From contig CM022665.1 of assembly GCA_012295275.1 (NCBI GenBank), forward strand, positions 8,494,001 to 8,558,000: 64,000 nucleotides of DNA, given 5' to 3'. The notes under the pieces are model-generated. The model was not told the origin of the DNA, searched no databases, and saw only the letters and a program-made list of their open reading frames with translations. This document shows, in pieces, positions 1-13,820 of this stretch. Position 1 is the first letter of the stretch; each line of letters begins with the position of its first letter. The translations under genes were made by a program, and so were the position numbers. The DNA comes from Chrysomallon squamiferum. Taxonomy: Eukaryota; Animalia; Mollusca.

Positions 1-2955
1 ATTACTGGTAATGTTACTGTGTTGTCAGTCTGTTTTAATTTTGTAATTGGTTAGTAGGTATGCTAATACTAATAACTTTCCTGATCAATTTTTTAAATTT
101 CATTTGAGTCTTGTTGTTCTTATGTGAAGATTACATCAATCTGGTTCTTTTACACTTATGGTTTTTATTATCTTTTTTCTTCTTTCTTTTCTTTTTTTTT
201 TTTTTTTAATTTTCTTTAATTTTAATTTTATATTTTTTTAAGTTAGGTTTCACAAACATGAAAAAAAAAGATAAATAAAAAAAAAAATAAAAAAAAGTAA
301 AACATTAAAACAGCAATTAAATAAACATTAACTTTTTCCATCAGTTGTTAAATGTAGGCAAAAAATAACCAACAGTTCTATTTTAGTTAAAACAAAGTCC
401 CTAATAAATTTTAAAATGCTTCATTTTAATGTTAGTATCCACTTTTAAAGTAAATTTTCATTCAGTTAAAATGCAACATTTAAAAATTGTATTTTCCTGT
501 ATGTTAAGCACGCGCAACACAATCTGCTAAAAAAAAAAAAAATCAAAGCAAAAACAAATTATATTAAATATTTTTCATCCATTTCCCATAAATGAAAAAA
601 TAAATAAAATAAATGAAATACAATCAATTTTGTAAATATTTTTATTTACAGCTAACAATTTGCTATACAAGTACATGAGTAACTTGCCCATATTAAATAA
701 CCATTAAACACAAAATTGATTGCTAGCATATAAACATGCAAAATAAACTGAAATAAAATTGCCATCACAGACTGAAAAGAGAAAAAGAAAAACATATCAC
801 ATTTAACCATAAAATGTCCAAAGGTTTCTCAGAATTGTTCTGATTATGTTTATTTCTTCAATCCTGTCAAAAGTACCTCTGGAAACAATAACAAAAATAC
901 TGCTTCCAGTATAAACATTGTGTCTCAGTTCAGTATTTTATTAATAAAATAATGGCAAGCAAATTTGCACAATAAGATTTTATGTGGAGATCTTCTTAAA
1001 ATGCTAGTTTTTAAATGGCAGGCATATTCTGAGTACGACTTTTCTTTCCTTGCTTTTGAAGAAATAAAATTGTTCTTGCATTTCAGTTAGTTATTCAATA
1101 TTCAGAGTAAACCATTACATACATTTAAATTTATTAGCTACATAGTGAATTATAAATACATAGGACATGAAAATACAAGAACTGGAAAATCAGAACAAGA
1201 CATTTGTTAGATACTGGACTTTGTGGCCGTGAGGTCTGACCACTTCACAGTGCCAGACCTGAAATACACATTTTTCTGCTGGGAAAATTAATGATTAATA
1301 CCAGTATGTTGAGTATTTATTTCAGCAATTCCTTTGATATTATAATACAGTATACTATTCAACACATCCTTTCCAGTGTATATATCAATATACATTTATA
1401 TAGATATACATATGATTGAGTAAAAATAAAATATTACAAATCATATAACTTTTTCATTTGACAGACATTTAGATGACATACATTTATATATATGTCAATA
1501 AAATTTCTATCAAATAAACAAGATTTATAATATTTCATTTTAGATTTATATAAATCTTTTTTTTTTTTTCTTTTTACTCCTTATCTACATTTACTAACAA
1601 CAACATACTGGCAGTAAGCAAAACCTGGAAAAGCAATGCTCTTCTTGTTTATTATAATTATCACTTATTTTAAGAAACAACACACCCTGTTAATTAGAAA
1701 AAATATCATTTTAACTATTTTTACAAGTTTATAAACAAAATTAAAAATGCACAGCACACCAGTGCTACTGTAAAATTTCTATAAAGTTCTGTTTCCATTG
1801 TTTTTCATATGTGACATTTCTGTTACTGATTTCCATAGCCAGTGGAAACCTTATTACAGTAAACTTTTTCAAATTTTGTCCAAAATTAAACTATATATGA
1901 ATAATACTGTGCTTAATCTACACATGCCAAAATTGTTTTAATACATGTTTAAAAAAGAAAAAAAGGAAAGGAAATTCTATTCAAACATTGTTAATACCAA
2001 CTTTGTAGATCATATCTCGTATTTCAGTAATCTACAATATTTATCAAAGTATACTGAAACTGACATAACTGAAATTTAAATTCAGATTTAAATATGTATT
2101 AATATGTTTATCACCGTCACCTGACAAACTGTGTTCAATTACTATCACAAAGGTAGAGATATTTTTCAAACACGACGTATCAAAACGGGAATGGATTTCA
2201 AAATACGATGTAAAAAGTTAAAAAATCCTTTTTATGATCTGATTGTTAAACATTATAATTTGGCAGTTTTATATATATTAAAAAAAAAAAAAAAAAAAAA
2301 AGAAAGAAAGAAAGAAGAACAACAACACATATATATATATATATGTTTTCTTCAGTGTAGTATAATTTCTTTTATTATGAAATAAATTATTGTGTTGAAG
2401 AAATAAAGGAAGATACTTTAGTCACGAATGTCTGTTCTGTAAATGTTTGCGTCAGTATTCTTGGATTCTTAAAAAGAATATAACACTGAAATGAAGAAAT
2501 GCAATCAATTTTTAATAAATTTAAGGTTGAATGGGGCGATTATACTTCCATATTGAAAGGCAACTCTGTCTTACTACAAATATTTAAGAATATTTCCAGT
2601 CATGTCTTAAATATTATTTCATAAAATTAAATACAAAGAAAGGTTTACTTTCTTTCAGTAATACTAATTACAAACAACAATAAAAGACAACATAAAAAAT
2701 AAAGAGACAGAGAAAAGGAGATATGGGCCATTTAAAATAGATAATCTTAAACATAGTTTAAGATTTTATAAAAAAAAAAAAAAAAAAAAAAAATAGAATA
2801 AAATAAAAAATAAAGAACATAAATAATTAATAGAAATTGTACATCAATTTCATTATGGATTCTTTTTCATATATATTTTTTTTTATAATAAATTTAAAAA
2901 AAATAAATAAAAAGAAAGCATCACAATAAATATAATTCAATGGTTTTTGTCATTA

Positions 2956-2990
<35 letters not shown>

Positions 2991-3409
2991 GAATCATAAT
3001 CCCAGAAATTCAATTCATAAAGAATGAAAAAGAATAATTAATATATATAATATATTAAAAATGTTTTTAATTAATATGTATTTTCTTTTATACTGTTTCA
3101 ATCTAAAAAGTGGTCATACATATTATTACATTTATTATGAAACATCAAAATTGTATTGAAATGCCCCGTCCAACTATGTCAAATACATAAATTTTAAAAA
3201 GTAATCAGGAAAAGAAAGAAATAACATCACACAATAATAAACACACAAAGTCAATTCTGAATGGATTAACTGCAAAAGATGTAGTTATTATCACAATAAT
3301 AAAATAATAACAGGTATTAAACACTATAAAAATATACATATATTTCTTAAATCATATTTAGTAGTTGTAGTAGTAGAGTAAAAAAACAACAACATTAAAA
3401 CAAAAAACT

Positions 3410-3810
3410 ATCTATTTTATTATCTATGTGAGTGGTTTGGTAAAAAAGTTAAGAAAAATATTAATAAATATCAGCAAGCTATATATTCTAATTTTTCATT
3501 TATTTTTCTATTGTTAGTAATATTAAAGTAAAAAAAAGAAAATGTATTACCCATGTGAGTGGTTTGGTAGAAAAGTTAAGAAAAATATTAATAAATACCA
3601 GCAATTTATATTAATTAGTAACATTTTCTAATTTTTAATCTCTTTTTCTGTTGTTAGTAGTAGTGCAGAAAAAAAACATAAAAACAAAAAATATATCCAG
3701 TTTATTATCCATGTGAGTGGTTTTTAGAAAAGTTAAGAAAAATATTAATAAATATCATCAAGCTGAACTAGTTAGTAACACACTCTAATTTTTAATCTCT
3801 TTTTCTGTGG
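3410..3810. repeat. Degenerate tandem repeat, 3 copies of about 130-160 bp, downstream of the UBR stop
   Basis: atgtgagtggttt...aaaagttaagaaaaatattaataaata recurs near 3426, 3553 and 3711. Confidence 0.85.
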
Positions 3811-4458
3811 TCTGGAAAACATGCATCTCCTTTCTTCTTCCATGTTTGACACTAGCAGTCTTTTGTCTGAACATTTTGAAAGTACTGTTATATTAATGCC
3901 CACACACTTTAAACCTCATTTATTAAATGTTACATTAATAATCACATCACACAGACATATGTCTCATTAACCTGTGAGACTAACTTTTTGTTATATTTAA
4001 TATTTTTGACAAAACATAGGGTATCATTCTCATATTAGTAACAACTTAAAACACCACTGCCATTGTTAAGACTTTTGTAAATAAAAAATAAAAAAATTAA
4101 AATATAATAATAATAATATTCATAATAAATGATATATGAGAAGCAAAAATTTAAATATACACACAAATATATATATATATATATATATATAAAAAAAAGG
4201 AACAAAAATTAGTTGCAGTAAAATTTAACCAAAAAGTTTTGCACCCAAATTATAATTATCAAACCTATCCATATAAATATATCAAATTATCTTTTCTAGT
4301 CTCATTAAAGTTGACGAGATAACTAAGAAATAAATGTGCAATCAGTCATATATAGATCACAGAATAATTAGTTCTATTCTATTTTAAATAACAACCCTGT
4401 TCTTATATTAATTCCAGATGCATTGATTGCTTCACTTGCAGTATCCAATCTGTAGTTT

Positions 4459-7400
4459 TCAAAGATTCTGCCATTCAATTGTTGTGAAACTGCTGTTAAA
4501 TTCCAGATTGTGAGCAATAGTTTCTGGAATTGCATGAGTAAACCACAGTTTTTTGAGGTGATCGTATCTCTCATCACATAGGTGAAGTGGATTTCCACGC
4601 CTGAAGAGAAACAAAGATAAAAATATTGAAGAATGGTGTGAAAAAAATTAAATGCCTATTATCATCATCTCATCTTATATGCAAGTTTAGCATCTGTGTT
4701 TCAACCAACTACCAATTTAAAACATTTGACAAAAAATTACTGTACAGTTAATTATATTCTATTGGTGGCATACAGTAAGTTAGAATACTATATTCTGTAC
4801 ATTTCATGTAAGGTTTAGCAGTTCTTAGTGGTACTCACAAGTGGAGTTTCAATTTATTAACATGCACAGGGTAAGACTGTATTATTTTATTTAATGATTT
4901 GTCTGAAGTTTTTGTAACCCGGAAGGGTCCTGGATGACACCGCTGTAGTTAAATTCACCTTAAAATTCCTATAATGTGATTCTTTCATGCTGTTATGTAA
5001 AGTCTTACTAATACCATGCAGTTTATTGTACAATTGTAATAAGTATAACACAACGTATAGGTTTAATAATCAGAATTTAAGCTAAATATTACTAAGCTAC
5101 TTTGATTTTTGGTCATTCATAATGAACTGAATGAATCCAAATATCACATCTTCTTAGGAAACATTAATAATTTACCGTAATCCCTGATCTGTCTCTCCAT
5201 AGTTGTCTAGATATGGTGGAGCAAGGAAGCAGCCTTTTGTTTTTCCAGCTAAAAGCAACACCTGACAGTCTCTCACTCTGCAAAATACAGAAATCCAATT
5301 TTCATTTAATGATTTCTATTTAGTTTTGTTTTTAAGAAATAATAAAACAGGAAAATGTTCCGAATGGTTAAATTTTTCTTATAAACCTGTATATTTCAGG
5401 AAAAACAAAATAGCAATATCTATAATTCAGCATTTTAAATTAATGATTTTGTACTCATCTTACTGGAATATGGTATTTTGAATTTTGAGAATTCTTTTAT
5501 TGTAAGACTGATGGTTTTTTTTTGAGTATATAATATACAAATGTCAGAAATACCTGAGAAATACACCAGTGCCTGCTCCACAAAAGTGTGCATGTTCTGT
5601 AGCTGCTCCTACTGCTGCTCCTTCCAAATCCTTTTGACAACAGTAACTCTGAGAACACAGCATCTTTCCACACACTAAACACATTGTGGGAGCTCGGCTG
5701 TCATCACTGTCTTTAGACTTTGGACAGCTATAAAATAATAGGGTATACCTTCAATCAAATACAGATAGACAAAAACAGAGACGTAAGAGAGAGTAGGTAA
5801 GTGTCAGACAGAAAGAATAAATTTGAGATTGATAGAGAGTGATAACAAAGAGAGATCCAGTAAAATAATCCTATACTTTTTAGGTGTTTTCTAAATGACA
5901 GATATCACATTAAACCCTGTTCAAAGTTTGTAAGCAGATGTCATTTGATCTAAAACAAGGGAAAGATGTAAACTGTTTTTCTGATATCAATAATTAGGAG
6001 TTGTTCTTTACTCACGTGAAAGTTGATACTCTGTTGATCAGTTCGCTATAATCAGGTGGCAGTGGGACCAGGTCATTCTTCTTTAAAGGGTACCGAACTA
6101 TTTTACTCTGGTCACCAGACAGCTTCTCCTTCATCAACTTCTTTGAACACCAACTGTAATAGATATTTTAACATCAGAGAATAAAGATAAAGACATCAAG
6201 GACCTCTACATCTGAATGGTGATCAATAATCCTCAAAATCATAATTAACTAGTTTTATTTACACATGCAAATATGCATTGTTTATCCTTTTTAAATTCTT
6301 TTAGAATAGTATTACAAAATTATGCACGATATTAAAATAATCTTTAAGAAAACCCCCCTGAAAAATCAAACTGCTTCCATGAAAACAAACATTAACACGT
6401 TTATCTCAAATGGTATTCATTTTATCAGATTAAAGTGTGAAAATAGTTTTAGTTTAGTGATACTTCACAAACTAAAAGATAAAAGAAATGATGAAATTCT
6501 ACATTATCAAAGTCAGTAAAATATACCTTTCAATAAGAGTGATCGTGTTGTGTCCTACTGACTTGAACAGTTCAGACATGTTAACATTCAGTGATAGGTA
6601 GCGACACAGAACTTCATATTCCTTAGTGCAAAAGTGATCTGTTTTGAAAACACATAAAAATATGTTGATATGTATGTTATAGAGAATAATATAAATAATG
6701 TCACCATATACAGAATCTCAAATCCATTTTAAAAAACAACATTTTAGTTTTTTTTTATATCTCTATATTTTATGGTATATACAAATATTTCACAATCATT
6801 CAATTAATAAACATTTCTTTTAAAAATGATTGCATGAAAGTCAAAGAATATAAGATTATAATATGCTATTTACAGTTAAAATAAAGTGACTGATTACAAA
6901 AGCTATCTCACCATGTAATTCATCTGGTGGATTTATTCCAGTGATATAGTGGTACAATATGGCAGCACATCGGAGGAAAGGCAAAACAGCTGTGCGTAGA
7001 TACTGTGACAGGAGATATGGAGATGGCATTCGTTCGGGTCTCACCCTATATAGGTAATATTATCATAAATTTGTGATTTTTAAATTTAAAACCAGGATGA
7101 CAACAGAAAAAAAGAAAGAAAATAAAGGTAGTTTCTTTAGGATAAACTGTTATCTGTGCTGACATTCAACCATAATCTATTTCTTTATTAATAAATTTAA
7201 TAAATATAAGAAAAAAATATTTTCCCTAAGAACAGGATGGCAATCTGATACAGAAACACTTGTATCTACTATAATACTATATCATATTTTTTTTAGAACC
7301 TGCAGATAACTATTATATTAGACAAAAAATACTGAAGAAATTTAATTCTGTTTTCCACTACTTAAAATATAGAAATAATTTTCTGCATAAATAAATAATT

Positions 7401-10400
7401 CTGGTTTCTTACCCAACAGTTTCCCGAAGTTTAATAAATATTTTAAGAAGTGCTTCACCCTCAATATCTTCTTCTACATCCATGAACTCTGAAATAAAAA
7501 ATAGAATGAAAACTGTATAATAAATCATTCAGATCTTTAATCTACATCAAATCATAACAAAAAAAAATTATATAAATAAATAAAATTAATAAAAACATAA
7601 ATAAAAACAAAATAAATTCTTCAATTTCCTCTGTTGTTAATTTTACACTTAGCTTCAAATGGTCAGTATAACTAGTCTATATTCTGTATATGTTGTTGTT
7701 ATTAGTTCTGTCAAATAAAGGAAAGAAATGTTTTATTTAACACGGGACATATGGTTAAAAATCATTCAGATAACGAGAAGAATCCCATTTCATCAGCTAA
7801 TCTTTCTGCTTAGCAGCAAGGGATCTTTTATATAAAACATCCCATAGACAGCACAGTAGATACAACATCAGTACACCAATTGTTGAGCACTAGCAGGAAC
7901 AAGAAGTATTTTAATGCGTCCACACCAAGAGGGATCAATCTGACTACCCAAAGCATCTTTAGCAGATCCTAACAATATCTAACACGATTAAATACTCCTA
8001 GAAGATGCTAAATGCGTATTCAGTGAAGAGTAAGACATAATACTCACCCTCAATTTCATAGTCATAAGTCAGCAAAATCTGTACAAGATGAGCAGTGAGC
8101 ACAAGTTGCATTGCGTGCTGATTGTTGAGATCACCTGTGGGCAGTGTGGACATGGTTGAATACTGCTGTTCAGCATACAGAGATGGCAGTGTCATAGTTA
8201 GTATCACAAGGAAGTGGAACATATCTAAATCCAGCAAACATGGAGTATCCTTCTTTATCTTCTCTATGTCACATGGAAACAGAGCTGAATTAAAAACAGT
8301 AAACAGTTAGTACAGGTTATCATTTGTAACAACACAGCAAATACATTTATATTATTCTAAAATAATTTTTGTGAAAAATAAGATTCATTTGCTTTAAAAA
8401 ATTATTTAAATACTTCTCAAAATATTTCTGATGAAATGATTAACAAGAAAAATATGTTAAACAACGAGGTGCTTGTTATAGAATTCTTTCCTTCTAGTTT
8501 TTTCTTAACAAAATAATAGATTTATAAAATTCTCCATATCAAACATTTTATAAAATTCTGCTCAGCATTAAACCATCTATTTGGTTTATGAATGATTAAT
8601 TCTGATAAAATATTCTGTTTTCCCCAAAACATCTGCAAATTATACTAAACAGAAACAATAAAGAGAATATTTTATACACTTTCCCAAAAAATATTTACCC
8701 GATAGAAGACGAATACAGTTTTGTTTCACTGTATCAGGGTTCATGACCTGACTGCAGACAGATGCGAATCTAACCAGTGAGCCAATCAGATCAGACTGAC
8801 GAGTGGGAATAGATCCAAACAAAGATTTCCCATCACCTCTCAGATTTTGTTCTGGAAATTAAAAAAAACATGATAATCTAAAATTCAGAAATGATCTTTC
8901 ATTTATTATGAAATTAAATAAAAAATAATTATTTGCTTAACCATATAACCTTAACTCAATCTACACCATAAAACTACAAAAGAAAAATTTCAAATCACTG
9001 ATGTCTTCTACAAATTTTTTCTTTAAACAGAAGTAAATATAAACTCTTAGATTCTTACAATTATTGATATACTTTCTCAAAAGGTGTATCTTTAAAACTT
9101 AATTTAATTGATATTATAAAACAAATAACACATATAACTTAAATATAACACAGGTAGTTTTTAATTTTTTTTATTCATACATTTAAAATTAATTACAAAT
9201 TTTTCATAAATGTTCTGCATTTGTTAGTTCAGTGCATAATATCAAACTTACCAACTGCCTGGATAGTAAATGCACAGGTACTCCATGCCATTATCGACAC
9301 ACGAGGGTTTTCATCATCTGCGTCCACACACAGACCAAACTTAAATTATAAAGTATAGCACAAAATTTATTTTCAAAATCGTTTATAATACTGATAACAA
9401 TGTAAATATACATGGTATTCATTTTTTAAATTGTTCACTTTTCTCACCTGCACAAAATGTGCAAGGTACATACTAGAATTACACAAGAAATCACAATGCT
9501 GATAAAAGGAATATGTTTCACTGTTAATAATCAAATGACACTGAGAACAATTAACTTGCACACAACTTTATTACTCACAGCATATACATCTCTGGCAAAT
9601 TTCTTTAGCATCTCTCTCATTCCTTCAGAAAAATGTCCACTGAAAAAATAAAATTTTTGCTCAGTAATAATACCTGAATCACTAAAACATGTTATTTACT
9701 AAATGTATTCTTTATATACAAAAAGCACTTCCACAGTTAGTAATAATTCCAGGACCAATAAAACATAAGCCCTATGCTGAATGCATTATAACAGGGCTTC
9801 TAAACAGAACAGAAAATATTAACTAAAAAAAGAAAAAAGGAAGACTATTTCAGCAGAGATTAACACAAACCTTGCATCATCATATACATATTCCCAGAGC
9901 AGCTGGAAATTCTTGGCAACACTTTCAGCCATCATTCTTGTGATGGTTGAAATTGGGCAAGGCTGAAACAGGGCAAAGTCATCTGAAAGAGTAAATAGAA
10001 AATAATAATTAGTTCACATAACTTCAGATATACTTTAATATTTTAGTATGAATTTAAAATGTATCTTCAATATTTAAAAATATTTTATAGAAATAAAATA
10101 AAATGTACACCATGATTTAGCTAAATCTACCTTCAGATTCCTTATCATGTGCTTCTTTTATACTGTTCTGTACAGTCTTTTCAATACCATCCAACCAGTC
10201 ATCAAATCTCAGATTCACGTCCTTCTTGTCACTGCTACAATCAAAGTCACACTATATATGATTAATTCTAAAGATGGTTTTTAACAATTTAAAAATGTCA
10301 ACAAAAAAAACCCCAGAACTAAAAACTAATCAAATAATTAAAAAAAACAAAAAAAACAAAAAAAACAATTACAATTAAAATTAATATTTATAAAGCTACA

Positions 10401-13400
10401 AATATAATTACATCTGAAGGAAATCTTATAATACAAAAAGCCAAGGATTAAATAGAAATGTTATGATATAATAATTATTAACAGTGCAGATTTGATTTAT
10501 ACTAATGTTACTAAAATGTTAATACATAATAAGATTTGCATACAAGTGAGTTAATCATAATAATGATCTGATAAGATATATTTCTTTGGTCAATAATTTT
10601 TCACTGAACATGTACTCACCCTGGAGGATACAGAGATGGTAGAGATGGAACAATAGGTATCACAGTATTACTTAATCCTTCACACAAAGGACAAAGGTAT
10701 TCCATTTTGTCAACATCATAACTAAAACTCTGTCGAAATCGTAGAGGTCTGCGCCGGTCTTTACTCATCACATTATCAAAATACCTGAAACAGATTAATT
10801 TTATAGCATAAAAAGAACACTTTTAGTAAGTACAAACATTTAAAAATATCATCTACAAACAAATCAGTATTTTAATATATTCAGATTAACAAACGTGGTC
10901 TAAATGATGATGATAAACAACCCAATATCATATTTAAGTAATTTGTTTTTCTGCTCACATTTATTAAAATATTCATTTCATCACATTTCCATGGTTTGAT
11001 GTATTAACTTGAAATATAATTTTTTAAATAATAGATAAGCTATGCTATGAAGGTGTCACAAATATATTCAGAATAATAAATTAACAAGGTCAAAAAGCTT
11101 ACCTCTGCCAACAGTCATGATGCATCACATGACCACAGGAACCAACATGAGTGCCTGTGAAGAGATCAGATGGAACAAAGAGGGGATCATAATCTTCTTT
11201 TTTCTCCAAAAATTTGCCCCGACACTGAGACAATACTGTAGATCTGAAATAAGAAATATATTTAAATACTTTTTTTTTTAAAACAGCCTGAATGAGAGTA
11301 AATACAGTCTTGGAAATAAACATCATACAAAATAAGTGTATGACTTTCAATCAATCTTACTGTTTTCAAGACAAAGGAAATGGTACAGACCTGCTAAAGA
11401 GTTTTTAGTTCTATAAATTAGAAAACTTTTATATGAAGCTAATTTTATTATCTAGATATACATGTTGTGTAAAATCATTTTAAATATTTCTGCAGATAAA
11501 ATTAACTTATATCATTCAAACTATTTGTAACATATTCAGTAACATTAGTAACTGATAATAAATGAAACATGACTAAGAAACAGTAAAATATTTAGAAAAT
11601 ACTTACAATCAAAAACATCATCAAAACAAGTCTTTAAAAATACTGATTCAAAGCTGAGTGTGTTTTTGTTTTTTAATTAACACCACAGCTATGTACTACT
11701 TGTCATATGTGATAATGTTAAACCTACATATTCAAGATAATAAAACAGTTTTAAGTTCCTTATCTTTTCATGTACAGCATAAAATTCAACACCAACCATA
11801 GATGTCTGGTAACAGATCAACAAACATAACAGTTTTAAATTATAACAAACCTTTGGACAAAAGCAGCCAGGACCATGGCTTTGCCAGTACAAGTGATCTC
11901 CTGCTCTTCCTGACACAAAATACAGGTTGCCTGAATAGAAGCATTACTCGATGGTTTGCTCCGTCCTGGCCCAAGCACCACAGGAAATGATGTTGGCCCT
12001 GATCTGCTGCAAAAATGTGTCACAATATTGTTAACTCTGTTATTTGTAATGATAAATGTATGATGAAGTAAGCACATTGATTATAATTCTTACTACTGCA
12101 CCAATTAAAAAAACAAAAACAAAATTTTTCAATACTAAATTTTTCTGACAGAGTAAAGTAACAATCAAATTCTTATCAGTAACCATAATACCAAACATTT
12201 AATCTTCATTTCAGATAAAAATGTTAAGCAAACTAATGATATTACTCTGAATCCTGTTAACATAATAAAGCATCGTTTTAAACAGTTGTAAGTAAAAGCT
12301 TATTTATACAAATGTTGCATAACTATCTTTCTTTTCAAATTATTTTTTCAAATTATTAAAATCAGCACACCCCATATCCATGTCAGAAACAGCAGATTTC
12401 AGTTCTGTGCTTGTCTGATCAAACAACTCAGAATTCTCTGCAATGAAGTTGCGCTGCATCTTTGACATCTGTGCCATGACTCGTGCCCTTCGCTTTGCTG
12501 CCATTTCTGCTTTGCGTTTCCTCTCAGTCTCAGTTTTCTGGTCTGTACAGCTTGCCAGGTTATTCAATGCATCCAAAGACACTGGCTCATTTTTTAAAGT
12601 ACAGACATCAGCGAATTGCTAAAAAAAAATTTAATTCCTGGTGGTTAACAATGTTAAAACAAAAATTCTGAGTCTAAATATTCAGTAGTTGTGTTTTTAT
12701 TCTGTTTGTTGCTTTTTCTTTTGAATTTTATTTCAGTGTTAATTCTTAAAAGTTAAATTCTTATTTGAGCTTCTCCATTTTTAAAATATAGAAATGCATC
12801 CATTTTACAGAAAATAATTTCACTAAACAATATATTATTTCTTATTAAGGTGTAATCATAAAAAAATGTAAAAAACAGTCACCTCTGTCAAAAATATTGA
12901 AGATACATTTTTGCAGGTATCAGATAAATGATCTCAGAAAATTATCATAACAAAACGTAAAACTTTTTTTTTTCATGTTCATCTCATTCAGTATACTTAA
13001 ATTCTTCTGAATTAAAAATCAATCAAAAGTTTTATTTCAGTGAATATGAAACTGTACTATTTGTTCTTGGTAAGAACAAGATGTAAATGAAGCTCTTGGT
13101 CAAGCTTATTAAAAATGAAAAATGTCTCACCTTCAATGTCCACGACAGAAGATCTTTACTTGGATCTTGATTCAGATTTTGATTTCCAACCAAACACTGT
13201 AGTTTAGACAAAAGTCCATCTTCTAACAAAAAAAAGAAAAGCAAAAATTAATTGTGCAAAAAGATTAAAAATCATTAATTAAATTACCTGTTGTTAATAT
13301 AAAATTAATAATGATGATAATAATAATAACAATTAAAAAAAATTCAAACAAAACAACAATTAAACAAATAAAAATTTGGAAATGTTATAAGAAATCATCT

Positions 13401-13777
13401 ATTTATTATTATCATTATTATTATTTTTTTTTTTCAAATATCTATGTTAGCAACAAATTACCTTTCATTGCTCTGGACAGAAATTCATATGAAGTGTTTC
13501 CTTCTTTGAAAGCCCTTTTCTGCTCATGGAGCCCTAAGCCTATTAAATACAACACCTAAAACAACAAAAAACAATCAATGCATTTAAAATAATTGAATAA
13601 GTACCATTTGTCCACAAACTGTAAAAGCAATTAATTAAATATTAAAAAAGAAAATTAGTCATATATTTGGCTGTTCACAGTCCTCATAATTTTAACACAA
13701 AACTGCCTACTAAAGAAGATAGTAAGAAACAGAAACCTAACTATCAATTTTGTCTCTGATGTAAAATCTACATAATA

Positions 13778-13820
<43 letters not shown>

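Noticed and set aside
1240-1260. CAGTGC as an iron-responsive element loop
   Set aside because: The flanking 5-nt arms do not pair, and it is on the non-transcribed strand.
4374-4598. ORF-track 74-aa ORF over the last UBR exon
   Set aside because: Wrong frame; the conserved RGNPLHL...WQNL* frame ends at 4459.
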